NCBI RefSeq assembly: GCF_900605495.1
Contig: NZ_LR027602.1
Span: forward strand, 514,456 to 578,455
Length of the DNA stretch: 64,000 bases
Direction of reading: 5' to 3'
Source: Bacilliculturomica massiliensis
GTDB lineage: Bacteria; Bacillota; Clostridia; Peptostreptococcales; Anaerovoracaceae
A model generated the notes under the pieces. That model worked only from the letters and a program-made list of their open reading frames with translations. It made no database searches and was not told the origin of the DNA. How positions within the stretch are numbered: the first letter of the stretch is position 1; each line of letters opens with the position of its first letter. This document shows positions 37,632-45,773 of this stretch, piece after piece. A program made the position numbers and the translations under genes.

Positions 37632-38771
37632 ATGCGAGAAAAAATAGTAACTGCTGTGTTTTGTACCACGCTGGCGGCGGTGTTTCTGATCAACATCGCC
37701 ACACCGGATCAGGCCTTGTCCTATTCGGAGCGGCGCGCCCTAATCCAGCGCCCGTCCTTTGATCGGGAATTTCTTTTTTCCGGTGAGGCCCAGGAGAAGA
37801 CGGAGGCCTGGATGCTGGACCAGTTCGCTTTTCGCGACGCCTTTCGGGGGCTTTCCGCAGCTGCGGATCTCAAACTGTTCCGAAAGAAGGACAGCAGCGG
37901 TATCTACGTGATCGGAGATCAGGTATATAAGATGGATTATCCGATGAATGAACAGAGCGTAATTGGTCTGGCCCGGAAGATGAACGAGATCGCGGAGATG
38001 TATCTGAAGGACTGCACCACGGCCTTCGCAGTCATACCGGATAAAAGCGCTTATGCGGCCAAGGACGCGGGGTATTTAAATTACGATCATTACGAGCTGA
38101 CGGGACTTCTGGGAAGCGAACTGATCCCGGAGTTTTTCAGCCATATCGATCTGTTTCCGGCGCTCACCGCAGATGATTATTTCCGTACGGATCTGCATTG
38201 GAAGCAGGAGGGACTGGGTCAAGTTCTGGAGCGGATCGGCGCATTCTTCGAGGTGGACTTTCCCGCAGCGTCCGTGGGCAACAGTGTCGAGGCATGGAAA
38301 CAGGCCGGGTATCAGGTGCATTCCTACGCTCCGTTTTATGGCGCGTATTACGGACAGGCGGCGCTGAACCTGCGGCCGGATACGCTGAACTATTTCTCAG
38401 ATCCGGTGATCGACAGCCTGACGGTGGAAAACATGGATACTCAGGCCGGCCCGGAGGATCAGGTCATATATAATGAAACAAAATTGGGCAGCATCGATTC
38501 CTACGAGGTATTTCTCTCCGGGAACTCTCCCCTGATCACCATTGAGAACCCGCGGTCCGCCACAGACAGAGAACTCATCGTATTCCGCGATTCCTTCGGA
38601 AGCAGTATCGCTCCCTTCCTGGCGGAGGGTTACGCGAAGGTGACGCTCATCGACCTGCGTTTTGTGGGCTATGAGAGGATCGGTAACTTTGTAGAGTTTT
38701 CCGATCAGGACGTGTTGTTCCTCTACAGCACGGGCGTAGCGGGCAGCAGCGATATGATAAGAAAATATTGA
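37632..38771 (+). CDS. AlgX/AlgJ/PatB-like (DHHW-family-like) periplasmic-facing partner of the MBOAT acyltransferase
   Basis: N-terminal signal/TM. The DLHW motif (FRTDLHWKQEG) resembles the DHHW-family signature. It is gene-paired with the MBOAT. 379 aa. Confidence 0.5.
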   Translation: MREKIVTAVFCTTLAAVFLINIATPDQALSYSERRALIQRPSFDREFLFSGEAQEKTEAWMLDQFAFRDAFRGLSAAADLKLFRKKDSSGIYVIGDQVYKMDYPMNEQSVIGLARKMNEIAEMYLKDCTTAFAVIPDKSAYAAKDAGYLNYDHYELTGLLGSELIPEFFSHIDLFPALTADDYFRTDLHWKQEGLGQVLERIGAFFEVDFPAASVGNSVEAWKQAGYQVHSYAPFYGAYYGQAALNLRPDTLNYFSDPVIDSLTVENMDTQAGPEDQVIYNETKLGSIDSYEVFLSGNSPLITIENPRSATDRELIVFRDSFGSSIAPFLAEGYAKVTLIDLRFVGYERIGNFVEFSDQDVLFLYSTGVAGSSDMIRKY

Positions 38772-38881
38772 TCTCTCCTTTTTGGAGAGCGGGAGGGGTG
38801 CGCGGCTGGCATGAACATTAAAAGAGGCGCCGCAATCACTGCGGCGCCCCGAATCTATTTTCATTTTATATCTATTTACAG

Positions 38882-38995
38882 CTAGCAGCGGCGTCTGGGG
38901 TAGCAGCGACAGCAGCAGCTTCTGCCGCAGTCACAGCCAAACCTGCCGGTCTGGCCGACTACATAGCCGATAACCAGAGGAATAATGAAAGGCAT
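38882..38995 (-). CDS. 37-aa hydrophobic, Cys-rich micro-protein (MPFIIPLVIGYVVGQTGRFGCDCGRSCCCRCYPRRRC)
   Basis: ATG preceded by GGGAGGGGATGAT (a strong SD). The N-terminus is TM-like and the C-terminus carries 8 Cys within 17 residues. The track lists only the longer 63-aa frame. Confidence 0.4.
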   Translation of the reverse strand: MPFIIPLVIGYVVGQTGRFGCDCGRSCCCRCYPRRRC

Positions 38996-39220
38996 ATCAT
39001 CCCCTCCCTTCCTGACATCAGTATATGCCGGGAAGAGATATGTGTGCCGCTCCCTTTCCCTTGGTCCATCCACTTTTATCGGAAGATGTTAAAGATCACG
39101 TATGAGAAATATGGAGGAAAGGCCAGAATGACCATTATGGGAAGAAGAACGACGACTTTAATAGGATGATCAGGAATGACCGGCGGATCTTCGGGCTTAT
39201 CTTGTGGAAAGCCCTGAGGG

Positions 39221-39309
39221 TAAATCGGTGAAATCAAGATTTTTTTCTCGATTTCACCGATGAAGAGCTGTTAAATAGGTGAGAATCAATTTTTTTCTGC
39301 GTATTATAC
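39221..39309 (+). repeat. Left portion of an intergenic repeat family, interrupted by the IS element
   Basis: cggtgaaatcaagatttttttctcgatttcaccgatgaagagctgttaaataggtgagaatcaatttttttct is about 75% identical to 55453..55500. Confidence 0.6.
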
Positions 39310-39445
39310 TGTACCCATAAGTGTGGACACGACCAGATTTTAGATACCCCAATTATGGACACACAGCCCGCTAGGGTTTTGGTGCATCCTGCAAAATAGA
39401 CATTCGCTTTTGTGTATGGTACGCTAGGGACATCAGGAGGTCGTC

Positions 39446-39847
39446 ATGAGCAAAATACCGTTCACAGAAGAGCAGATAAAACTGCTGCAAGAGAACCCAT
39501 ATACCTACAACGTTACACCCAACACCCTCTATCTCACGAAAGAATTCAAGGAACTCTTTTATCAAGAATATAGAAAGGGGAAGCTGCCCCGGCAGATCCT
39601 TGAGGAGCATGGATTTCCGATGAGCATTCTGGGCGAGAGCCGGATCAGCGGTATTTCTTCCATGATCCGCAAGGAAGCAAAGCGGCCGGAGGGGTTCCGG
39701 GAAGGTCCCACGAGCAGGAGAGAACTGCCCCTAATTGGGGATACGCCCGAAGCGGCGATCCGTGACCTTCTGCATGAGGTACAGTACCTCCGTCAGGAAG
39801 TTGAGTTTTTAAAAAAAATTACCTCGATCAAGAATACAAGGAAGTAG
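39446..39847 (+). CDS. IS3-family transposase OrfA (HTH)
   Basis: 133 aa. The helix-turn-helix N-terminus is typical of IS3/IS911 OrfA. It ends just after the aaaaaaaa slippery run at about 39811..39820. Confidence 0.8.
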   Translation: MSKIPFTEEQIKLLQENPYTYNVTPNTLYLTKEFKELFYQEYRKGKLPRQILEEHGFPMSILGESRISGISSMIRKEAKRPEGFREGPTSRRELPLIGDTPEAAIRDLLHEVQYLRQEVEFLKKITSIKNTRK

Positions 39848-39852
39848 GTGCA

Positions 39853-40971
39853 TTGCTAATGAATGAATCTTCCTTTGTATTTGAAGTGATCGATCAAACG
39901 ATCGCGGTCGGAGAGCCCCCGCTTTGTGTGTCAGAACTGTGCCGGATCGCAGGGGTATCCAGAAGCGGCTATTACGCCTGGGTAAAAGCGGCTCCGATCC
40001 GGGAACGGCGAGAGGCAGCGGATCGCAGAGCGTTCGATCAGATTCTTGGCGCTTACAAGATGCATGGCTACACCAAGGGGGCCCGCGGCATCCATATGGC
40101 GCTGCTGCATCAGGATCCACCCGTCGTCATGAATCAGAAGAAGATCCGCCGCTTGATGAACAAGTACAACCTGTCGTGTCCGATCAGGAAGGCGAATCCC
40201 TATCGGCGGATGGCCAGGGCGCTGAAGACGGACAACGTTGCGGAGAACTTACTCCGGCGTGAATTTGAATGCTATGGACCGAGGACGGTGCTGCTGACGG
40301 ATATCACGTACCTGCCTTACAACGGGACATTTGCTTACCTGTCGACCATTCTGGATGCCTTTACGAAAGAGATCCTGTCGTACGTAGTGAGCGAATCGCT
40401 GGAAATGGACTTCGTTTTGGAGACAGTAAAACAGCTTGTTGATCGGCATGGCATCGCGCTCACCGCCGAGACGATCGTTCATAGTGATCAAGGGTGCCAT
40501 TATACCAGCCACTGCTTTATCAACCTCCTGACGGATAAGCAGCTGCGGCGTTCGATGTCGCGGAAGGGCAATTGCTGGGATAATGCGCCACAGGAAAGCT
40601 TCTTTGGCCATATGAAGGATCACATCAAGGAAAAACTGGGTGAGTGCAAGGAATGGAAGGACGTAAAGGCGGTGGTGGACGAATACATGGATTATTACAA
40701 CAACCGGCGATACCAGTGGGATCTGGCAAAGCTTTCACCAACCGAGTTCTATGAATTTTGTACGACGGGAATGTATCCATTAAACATTCCCAACAAACCG
40801 GCTGTGCCAGCTGCGCACAAACCGGTTTGCGAATTGGGAGCGGAAGCGGAGCCAGGAAACAGCACGCCTGGCTGTGCAGTCGGACAGCCTTGCACAAAAG
40901 GAACAGGCGTCAGTTCCAGCTTCCCTGCGAAGGACAATGCAAAGGATAACGATCAAAGAAAGAGCACCTGA
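39853..40971 (+). CDS. IS3-family transposase OrfB (integrase/DDE core). It is probably expressed as an OrfAB fusion by -1 frameshifting
   Basis: rve-domain motifs HSDQGCHYTS and CWDNAPQESFFGHMK. orfA is in frame 2 and orfB in frame 1, so a -1 shift at the A8 run would fuse them. Confidence 0.8.
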   Translation: MLMNESSFVFEVIDQTIAVGEPPLCVSELCRIAGVSRSGYYAWVKAAPIRERREAADRRAFDQILGAYKMHGYTKGARGIHMALLHQDPPVVMNQKKIRRLMNKYNLSCPIRKANPYRRMARALKTDNVAENLLRREFECYGPRTVLLTDITYLPYNGTFAYLSTILDAFTKEILSYVVSESLEMDFVLETVKQLVDRHGIALTAETIVHSDQGCHYTSHCFINLLTDKQLRRSMSRKGNCWDNAPQESFFGHMKDHIKEKLGECKEWKDVKAVVDEYMDYYNNRRYQWDLAKLSPTEFYEFCTTGMYPLNIPNKPAVPAAHKPVCELGAEAEPGNSTPGCAVGQPCTKGTGVSSSFPAKDNAKDNDQRKST

Positions 40972-41092
40972 ACATGCTGTCCATGATTCAGGGCACACAA
41001 AAAGCAACTGTCTAACATGCAGGTTTATCCAAACCTTGATTCCATAAAATAGGGAAATCAAAAATTGATATTGTCCTTGACATGGGGTACCA

Positions 41093-41185
41093 TTCATATT
41101 CACCTATTTCGCGGCAGATATTGAGGGGATATCGCTGATTTCCGAGGGGATTTCGGTGATATTCATTTTTTTTTGCTGTTTTCAC
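41093..41185 (+). repeat. Right portion of the interrupted intergenic repeat
   Basis: gaggggatatcgctgatttccgaggggatttcggtgatattcatttttttttgctgttttcacctat is homologous to 55525..55590 (gtgatttccaattttttttgctgttttcgcctac). Confidence 0.6.
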
Positions 41186-41425
41186 CTATCCTCTGTGCGC
41201 CGCCCGTCCCCGTCCTCAGCCAGTTCACGCGCCGCCTGATGGTCGCGCCGAGTGCGGATGCCCGCGCCGGCCGATGCGCTCCCAACTGACAGCCCTGCCG
41301 CAAAAGAGTCGAAAGTTAATGTGACGTTGCGGCCGCAGTAAAGCGCTGTGGGACATATCTTTTCCTTTTGGGATAAGGCCGCCTGGCGACTGAGGGACGG
41401 CCAACCGAGATACGACTGACGAGAT

Positions 41426-41491
41426 GCAGCCGACCAATATGCAGCCGCTCAAAATGCAGCCGCTCAAAATGCAGCCGCTCAAAATGCAGCC
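41426..41491 (+). repeat. 15-bp tandem repeat (gcagccgctcaaaat), 3 perfect copies plus a degenerate copy
   Basis: gcagccgaccaatat followed by gcagccgctcaaaat three times and then gcagcc. Confidence 0.8.
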
Positions 41492-41504
41492 TGAAAAAGC
41501 TGTG

Positions 41505-41556
41505 GAAAAAAACGGAGGGGCTCGCCGCAGATCTGAATTTCTGCGGCAAACCCCTC
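41505..41556 (-). terminator. Rho-independent terminator of the sigma/anti-sigma operon (minus strand)
   Basis: Stem ggaggggctcgccgcag with ctgcggcaaacccctc, followed on the minus strand by a U-run (aaaaaaac on the plus strand). Confidence 0.65.
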
Positions 41557-41600
41557 TTGAAGAATGCTTGCTTGGATGGTTTTCCGCCTGCCGGCGGAGC

Positions 41601-42584
41601 TTATTTGGTGATCTCGAATTCCTGAATGCCCATGTATCCCGGAGCGATCTCGTATTTGTTGAACACTACCACCGGATTTCCGGCGTCGTTTACGTAGAAG
41701 TTCTGGTCTGCGGCAATGGTCTTGAAGCCGTCCACGCCTTCGCTTCCATCGAAATACAAGTTATCGGGGTTCTTGCTTCTCACGGCGATCTCGTCGCTGA
41801 TCTGTTTGTTGGCGATCGCGATGTAATCGTCGCCCAGCATGTCTTTGAGAGTCAGCTCTTTGTTTGTGTTCAGGTCGATATTGTAGTAGTACATTTCGAA
41901 ATAGGCGCTGCCGCTGGTCTCTGTCTTGGAAACAACGAAGGACAAAACATCGTTGGAGATGGATTTGACTTCGTAGTCAACGATCACTTCGCGGAGCATA
42001 TATTCGTCTTCCGTGCCGCCGGTCTCCAGCCAGGCTTTTTTGTTTTCCGCCGCTCTCTGCTTTGCATCTTCCACGATGGCGGTCATTTTGTCGTGGATCT
42101 CGGTGTTGATGCGTTCCTCCACCGCTTTGTCGGTGAGTCCCTCTACCTTGGGCAGCTTCATCTCCACGTGGATGATGTCGTCAGATTCGTCCACCTGTTC
42201 GCCGATGAATACGCGGGCCAGCGTTCCCAAAAGCGGCATGCCGCTGACAGAGTCCGCGAAGGCTTCGTTGGTAGATACTCCATAGCCGAAGGCTCCCACC
42301 ATGACAGCCAGCGCTGCAGCCGCTGCTGTCAGGCTCCTGTAAAGATTTCTGCGTCCTTTTCCGGCAGAGGCGCGGCCAGTATCGTTTGCTTCATTTTTAA
42401 TTACGCTCATTTTCAGTTCCCCCTGATTCTCATTCTCTGATCTGACTTCTGATTTGACGTTTTTCAGGATCCCGTTTTCATTTTGATGGAGGGCGCTGTT
42501 CACGATATGGGAGAGCTCCGGCGGAATCTCCGTATTTTCGTATAAACGGCGCAGTTCCTGCATTTTATTCATTCTTGAAAACAT
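41601..42584 (-). CDS. Anti-sigma factor, RsiV-like (cytoplasmic anti-sigma domain, single TM, extracytoplasmic DUF4163/DUF3298-like domain)
   Basis: 327 aa with a TM segment at LTAAAAALAVMVGAFGYGV. It overlaps the upstream ECF sigma gene by 20 nt. Confidence 0.5.
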   Translation of the reverse strand: MFSRMNKMQELRRLYENTEIPPELSHIVNSALHQNENGILKNVKSEVRSENENQGELKMSVIKNEANDTGRASAGKGRRNLYRSLTAAAAALAVMVGAFGYGVSTNEAFADSVSGMPLLGTLARVFIGEQVDESDDIIHVEMKLPKVEGLTDKAVEERINTEIHDKMTAIVEDAKQRAAENKKAWLETGGTEDEYMLREVIVDYEVKSISNDVLSFVVSKTETSGSAYFEMYYYNIDLNTNKELTLKDMLGDDYIAIANKQISDEIAVRSKNPDNLYFDGSEGVDGFKTIAADQNFYVNDAGNPVVVFNKYEIAPGYMGIQEFEITK

Positions 42585-43077
42585 CTCCTTCCAGTTCTAC
42601 TTTCAACTTTTCCAGCGCGCGGTAAAGTCTGGTCTTGACCGTGCTGAGATTTGCTCCTATGACGTCGGCTATGTCGCTCAATTTCATGTCCTCAAAGTAG
42701 CGGAGGACAACGATGGTTTTGGACTCCGGATCCAGAGATTCCAGCGCCCGCTGCAGATCGAGAAGCTCTTCGCGGCTGACCGATTCCGAAACGGCTCCCT
42801 CGGGAAGCTCCTGGGGATCGGTAGGCACCAGCCGCTTTGTCTTTCTCAGCTCGTCGATGCAGGCGTTGACAAGGATCCGGTAAAACCAGGTCTTTACATA
42901 GCTGGGTTCGTTGAGGGTATGGATGGCCCGAAGGCCGTTGTAAATGGCGTTCTGGACGATATCCAGGGCGGATTCCTTATTTTTTACGTAGCTGTAGGCC
43001 AGCCGGTAAAAACGGTCCTGATTCTCCTGAACACAATCGATGAACGCGTTATAGATCATTTCATTGGGTTTTTCCAT
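42565..43077 (-). CDS. ECF-type RNA polymerase sigma factor (SigV-like)
   Basis: Sigma-70 region 2 (FYRLAYSYVKNKESALDIVQNAIYN) and region 4 (LSTVKTRLYRALEKLK). Start at MEKPNEM. Confidence 0.8.
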   Translation of the reverse strand: MEKPNEMIYNAFIDCVQENQDRFYRLAYSYVKNKESALDIVQNAIYNGLRAIHTLNEPSYVKTWFYRILVNACIDELRKTKRLVPTDPQELPEGAVSESVSREELLDLQRALESLDPESKTIVVLRYFEDMKLSDIADVIGANLSTVKTRLYRALEKLKVELEGDVFKNE

Positions 43078-43173
43078 TGTCGACAAATCCTTTGTTCCCC
43101 CTTTACATAAGTTTTGACGGGGAAGCGCTGCAAAAAGTTGAGAGGTCAGAGAATTTTTTTGTAGATCAATTGA

Positions 43174-43719
43174 TCAGAGAGAATGCAGAGCCGGGCGCAG
43201 CCTTCTGGTCAGAAGCGACGCGGCGGCGATCTTCAACGCGTCTCCGGGAAGAAAGGGGACCACGCACATCATCAGAGAGGGGAGAAGCTGGCTGCCGGTG
43301 ACCGCCATGAACCACATGGTGCCGGGAAGATAGCAGGCCAAAAGCGATACGGCGTAGATTCCGGCGCAGACTGCGGTTCCCGGTTTTGGGGAAGACAGAC
43401 GGTCAAAAAGCAGTCCGGCCAGGGCTGCGGTGAAAAGATATCCCGCTATGTAGCCGCCGGTGGGTCCCATGACGATGCCTGCCCCGCCGGTAAACTGCGC
43501 GAAGACCGGCAGCCCCACAAGGCCCAGGCAGACGTAGATGATCTGGCTGATCAATCCGAAACGCAGTCCAAGGATTCCGCCCGCAAGCATTACGGCCAGG
43601 GTGGCCAGATTGACGGGCACCGGCGTAAAGGGAAGCGGAAAAGCGATCTGGGAAAATACGGCGGTCAGGGCCGCGAAAAGAGCGGCCTGGATCATTCGGT
43701 TCAATTTAATGTTGTGCAT
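43174..43719 (-). CDS. bioY: BioY biotin transporter (ECF S-component)
   Basis: 181 aa polytopic protein with the BioY family pattern. It is co-oriented downstream of birA. Confidence 0.8.
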   Translation of the reverse strand: MHNIKLNRMIQAALFAALTAVFSQIAFPLPFTPVPVNLATLAVMLAGGILGLRFGLISQIIYVCLGLVGLPVFAQFTGGAGIVMGPTGGYIAGYLFTAALAGLLFDRLSSPKPGTAVCAGIYAVSLLACYLPGTMWFMAVTGSQLLPSLMMCVVPFLPGDALKIAAASLLTRRLRPALHSL

Positions 43720-43777
43720 GAAACAACTCCTTTATACAATAATGCATCTATATTCATATAGAATAGTTAAGATTGGA

Positions 43778-44938
43778 TCAGTTTGCTGAAGTCTGGTCAG
43801 CCAGCCGGACAGAAATTTCGCCGGTGGACAGGGTGCGCAGGCTGTGATCGGGAAGCTCCACAATGAGCCCGCCCTGATCGTCGATGTCAACGGCGCGGCC
43901 CGCAAAGCCTGCGGATCGGTGCTGCGGCGCACTGTCCTTGTGCGTCGTGCCTGTCTGCGTCATGTCCTTCCGGGGCTGTTCCGGATCCATCCTGCCGTCT
44001 TCCCGCATGTCGGAGGGCATTCCGCCGGGGTAGAAGCGGATCTCTCTGCCCAGAACAAGAGAACGCCTTCTGTATTCCGGAATGAACCGGCTGTCCGGAA
44101 GCTCCCGCTGAACGGCGGCCAGCTCGTCTATGACAGCGGCGATCAGGCGGTTCTTTGTGAAACGTCCAAGACCGCAGTCGGTGTTTTCCGGGACGGAGGA
44201 GTATAATGCGGCGGCCTTATCCGCCACATCTCCCGGAAAGCCGCCCTGGGGCGTAAAACAGTTGATCCCGATCCCGACCACCATGGATTCAATGGATCCC
44301 GTCTCAAAATCGCTCACTCCCTCCGTGAGAATGCCGCAGATCTTTTTGCCGTCGAGATAAAGGTCGTTTACCCACTTGATCTGTACATCCTTTCCGGTCA
44401 GCGACTGAATGGCTCTGGCCGCGGCCACGGAAGCGGCGGTGGTGATGAGAACAGGATTCACAAAGCCCTGGGCTGCTGCCGCCATAGCGTCGGGCCGAAG
44501 AACGACGCTGAAATATACGCCGGCGTCCTCCGGTGAGAAAAAGCTGCGTCCCATGCGGCCGCGGCCGGCGGTCTGAGATGCGGCGGCCACTACGGTCAGA
44601 TGGGGCGCTCCCGCCACGGCCATCTGTTTTGCCGTCAGATTGGTGGATTCCAGGACCGGGTAAGTGTGGATCTCAGGAAGAGGATCCCTGCATTTCAGGA
44701 AGGCGGCGATCCCCTGAGGCGACAGGAGATCGCTGGTTTCCGCCAGAGAATATCCGCGGTTGGTGGCCGCGGCGATCTCGTATCCATCGCTGCGCAGCTC
44801 GCCGATGGCTTTCCATACAGAGGCTCTGGTGACAGACAGTGCCTCCGCGATCTTCGCGCCGGAGATATACTGGCCCCGATGCTGCTCCAAAACACGAAGC
44901 ACGTGGTCTTTCATAGTAATTGCTTTTTTTTCTGTCAT
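43778..44938 (-). CDS. birA: Bifunctional biotin--[acetyl-CoA-carboxylase] ligase and biotin-operon repressor BirA
   Basis: Start at MTEKKAITMKDHV after AGGAGG. N-terminal wHTH and the ligase motif GRGRMGRSFFSPEDAGVYFS. A low-complexity insert sits near the C-terminus. Confidence 0.85.
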   Translation of the reverse strand: MTEKKAITMKDHVLRVLEQHRGQYISGAKIAEALSVTRASVWKAIGELRSDGYEIAAATNRGYSLAETSDLLSPQGIAAFLKCRDPLPEIHTYPVLESTNLTAKQMAVAGAPHLTVVAAASQTAGRGRMGRSFFSPEDAGVYFSVVLRPDAMAAAAQGFVNPVLITTAASVAAARAIQSLTGKDVQIKWVNDLYLDGKKICGILTEGVSDFETGSIESMVVGIGINCFTPQGGFPGDVADKAAALYSSVPENTDCGLGRFTKNRLIAAVIDELAAVQRELPDSRFIPEYRRRSLVLGREIRFYPGGMPSDMREDGRMDPEQPRKDMTQTGTTHKDSAPQHRSAGFAGRAVDIDDQGGLIVELPDHSLRTLSTGEISVRLADQTSAN

Positions 44939-44999
44939 GGCGAAACCTCCTGCCCATTGTTGTAGGTATAATGGTTTTATTATAGGGAACGAAGAAGTG

Positions 45000-45032
45000 A
45001 TTGTCAATTAATTTTTAAAAAAGGTTTACAAT
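45000..45032. promoter_or_regulatory. Putative BirA operator (bioO-like imperfect palindrome) in the birA-bioY promoter region
   Basis: ATTGTCAATT, a 13-nt spacer, then GGTTTACAAT. The halves resemble the TTGTAAACC/GGTTTACAA arms of known bioO sites. Confidence 0.4.
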
Positions 45033-45215
45033 CAAAAAGGCTGCGGCGTACAGCGGAATTTTTTTCATGATACGACCAGATGTTTGAGGCCTTTTAGGGA
45101 TTGGTAAAACAGAAATTGCAGAAGATGCCGATGTGTTAATATAATATTGAAGAGAGATGACATACAGTTGTCATCTTTCTTCCTGTATAATAGAGATAAA
45201 CAGGAGGAACGAAGG

Positions 45216-45662
45216 ATGAAAATGACAGAAATGATCGAAGAGATCATGTTTGCCCCATGCGGTATGAACTGCAAGGTATGCTATAAACACTGTTTTACAA
45301 AGAAGACAAGAAGACCGTGTCCGGGGTGTCTGGCCAATGATGAAACGGGCAGACCGGAACACTGCCGTAAATGTAAAATAAAAGATTGCGTTCATGAAAA
45401 AGGCGTCTCGTACTGTTTTGAATGCAGCCAATTCCCGTGTAAGCAGATAAAAAACCTCGAAAAAAGCTACGTCCAGCGTTATAACGCAAGTTTAATCGCC
45501 AATAGTCTGTTCGTAAAGGAGCGCGGCCTTGCGCACTTTATGAGAGATCAACGTAACATTTATACCTGTCCAATGTGCGGAGGAATTTTCTCATTACATG
45601 ACAGAATCTGCACAGAATGCGGAAATCCTTATCCGTCAGAGGACCATGAGCCTAAAGAGTGA
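45216..45662 (+). CDS. Cys-rich DUF3795-like protein
   Basis: Start at MKMTEMIEE after ACAGGAGGAACGAAGG. Several CxxC pairs (CGMNCKVCY, CPGC, CRKCKIKDC, CFEC, CPMC, CTEC). Confidence 0.6.
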   Translation: MKMTEMIEEIMFAPCGMNCKVCYKHCFTKKTRRPCPGCLANDETGRPEHCRKCKIKDCVHEKGVSYCFECSQFPCKQIKNLEKSYVQRYNASLIANSLFVKERGLAHFMRDQRNIYTCPMCGGIFSLHDRICTECGNPYPSEDHEPKE

Positions 45663-45702
45663 ATCAGGTCTGATTAAATTTCTGTTCAGACGATCCAACC
45701 AC

Positions 45703-45735
45703 AACGCGGGGCGTTTTTTACGCCCCGCGTTTATT
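45703..45735. terminator. Bidirectional rho-independent terminator (aacgcggggcg tttttta cgccccgcgtt)
   Basis: 11-bp perfect stem with T/A runs on both sides. Confidence 0.8.
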
Positions 45736-45773
45736 CTGGAATTAGTATGCCAGGACCAAGTCCTTATGCCGTA

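Larger units (their letters stand above)
39310..41092 (+). mobile_element. IS3-family insertion sequence (about 1.78 kb)
   Basis: Imperfect terminal inverted repeats TGTACCCATAAGTGTGGACA (left) and TGGTACCCCATGTCAAGGACA (right, reverse-complemented), beginning TG and ending CA. Encodes orfA and orfB with an A8 slippery site. Confidence 0.75.
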
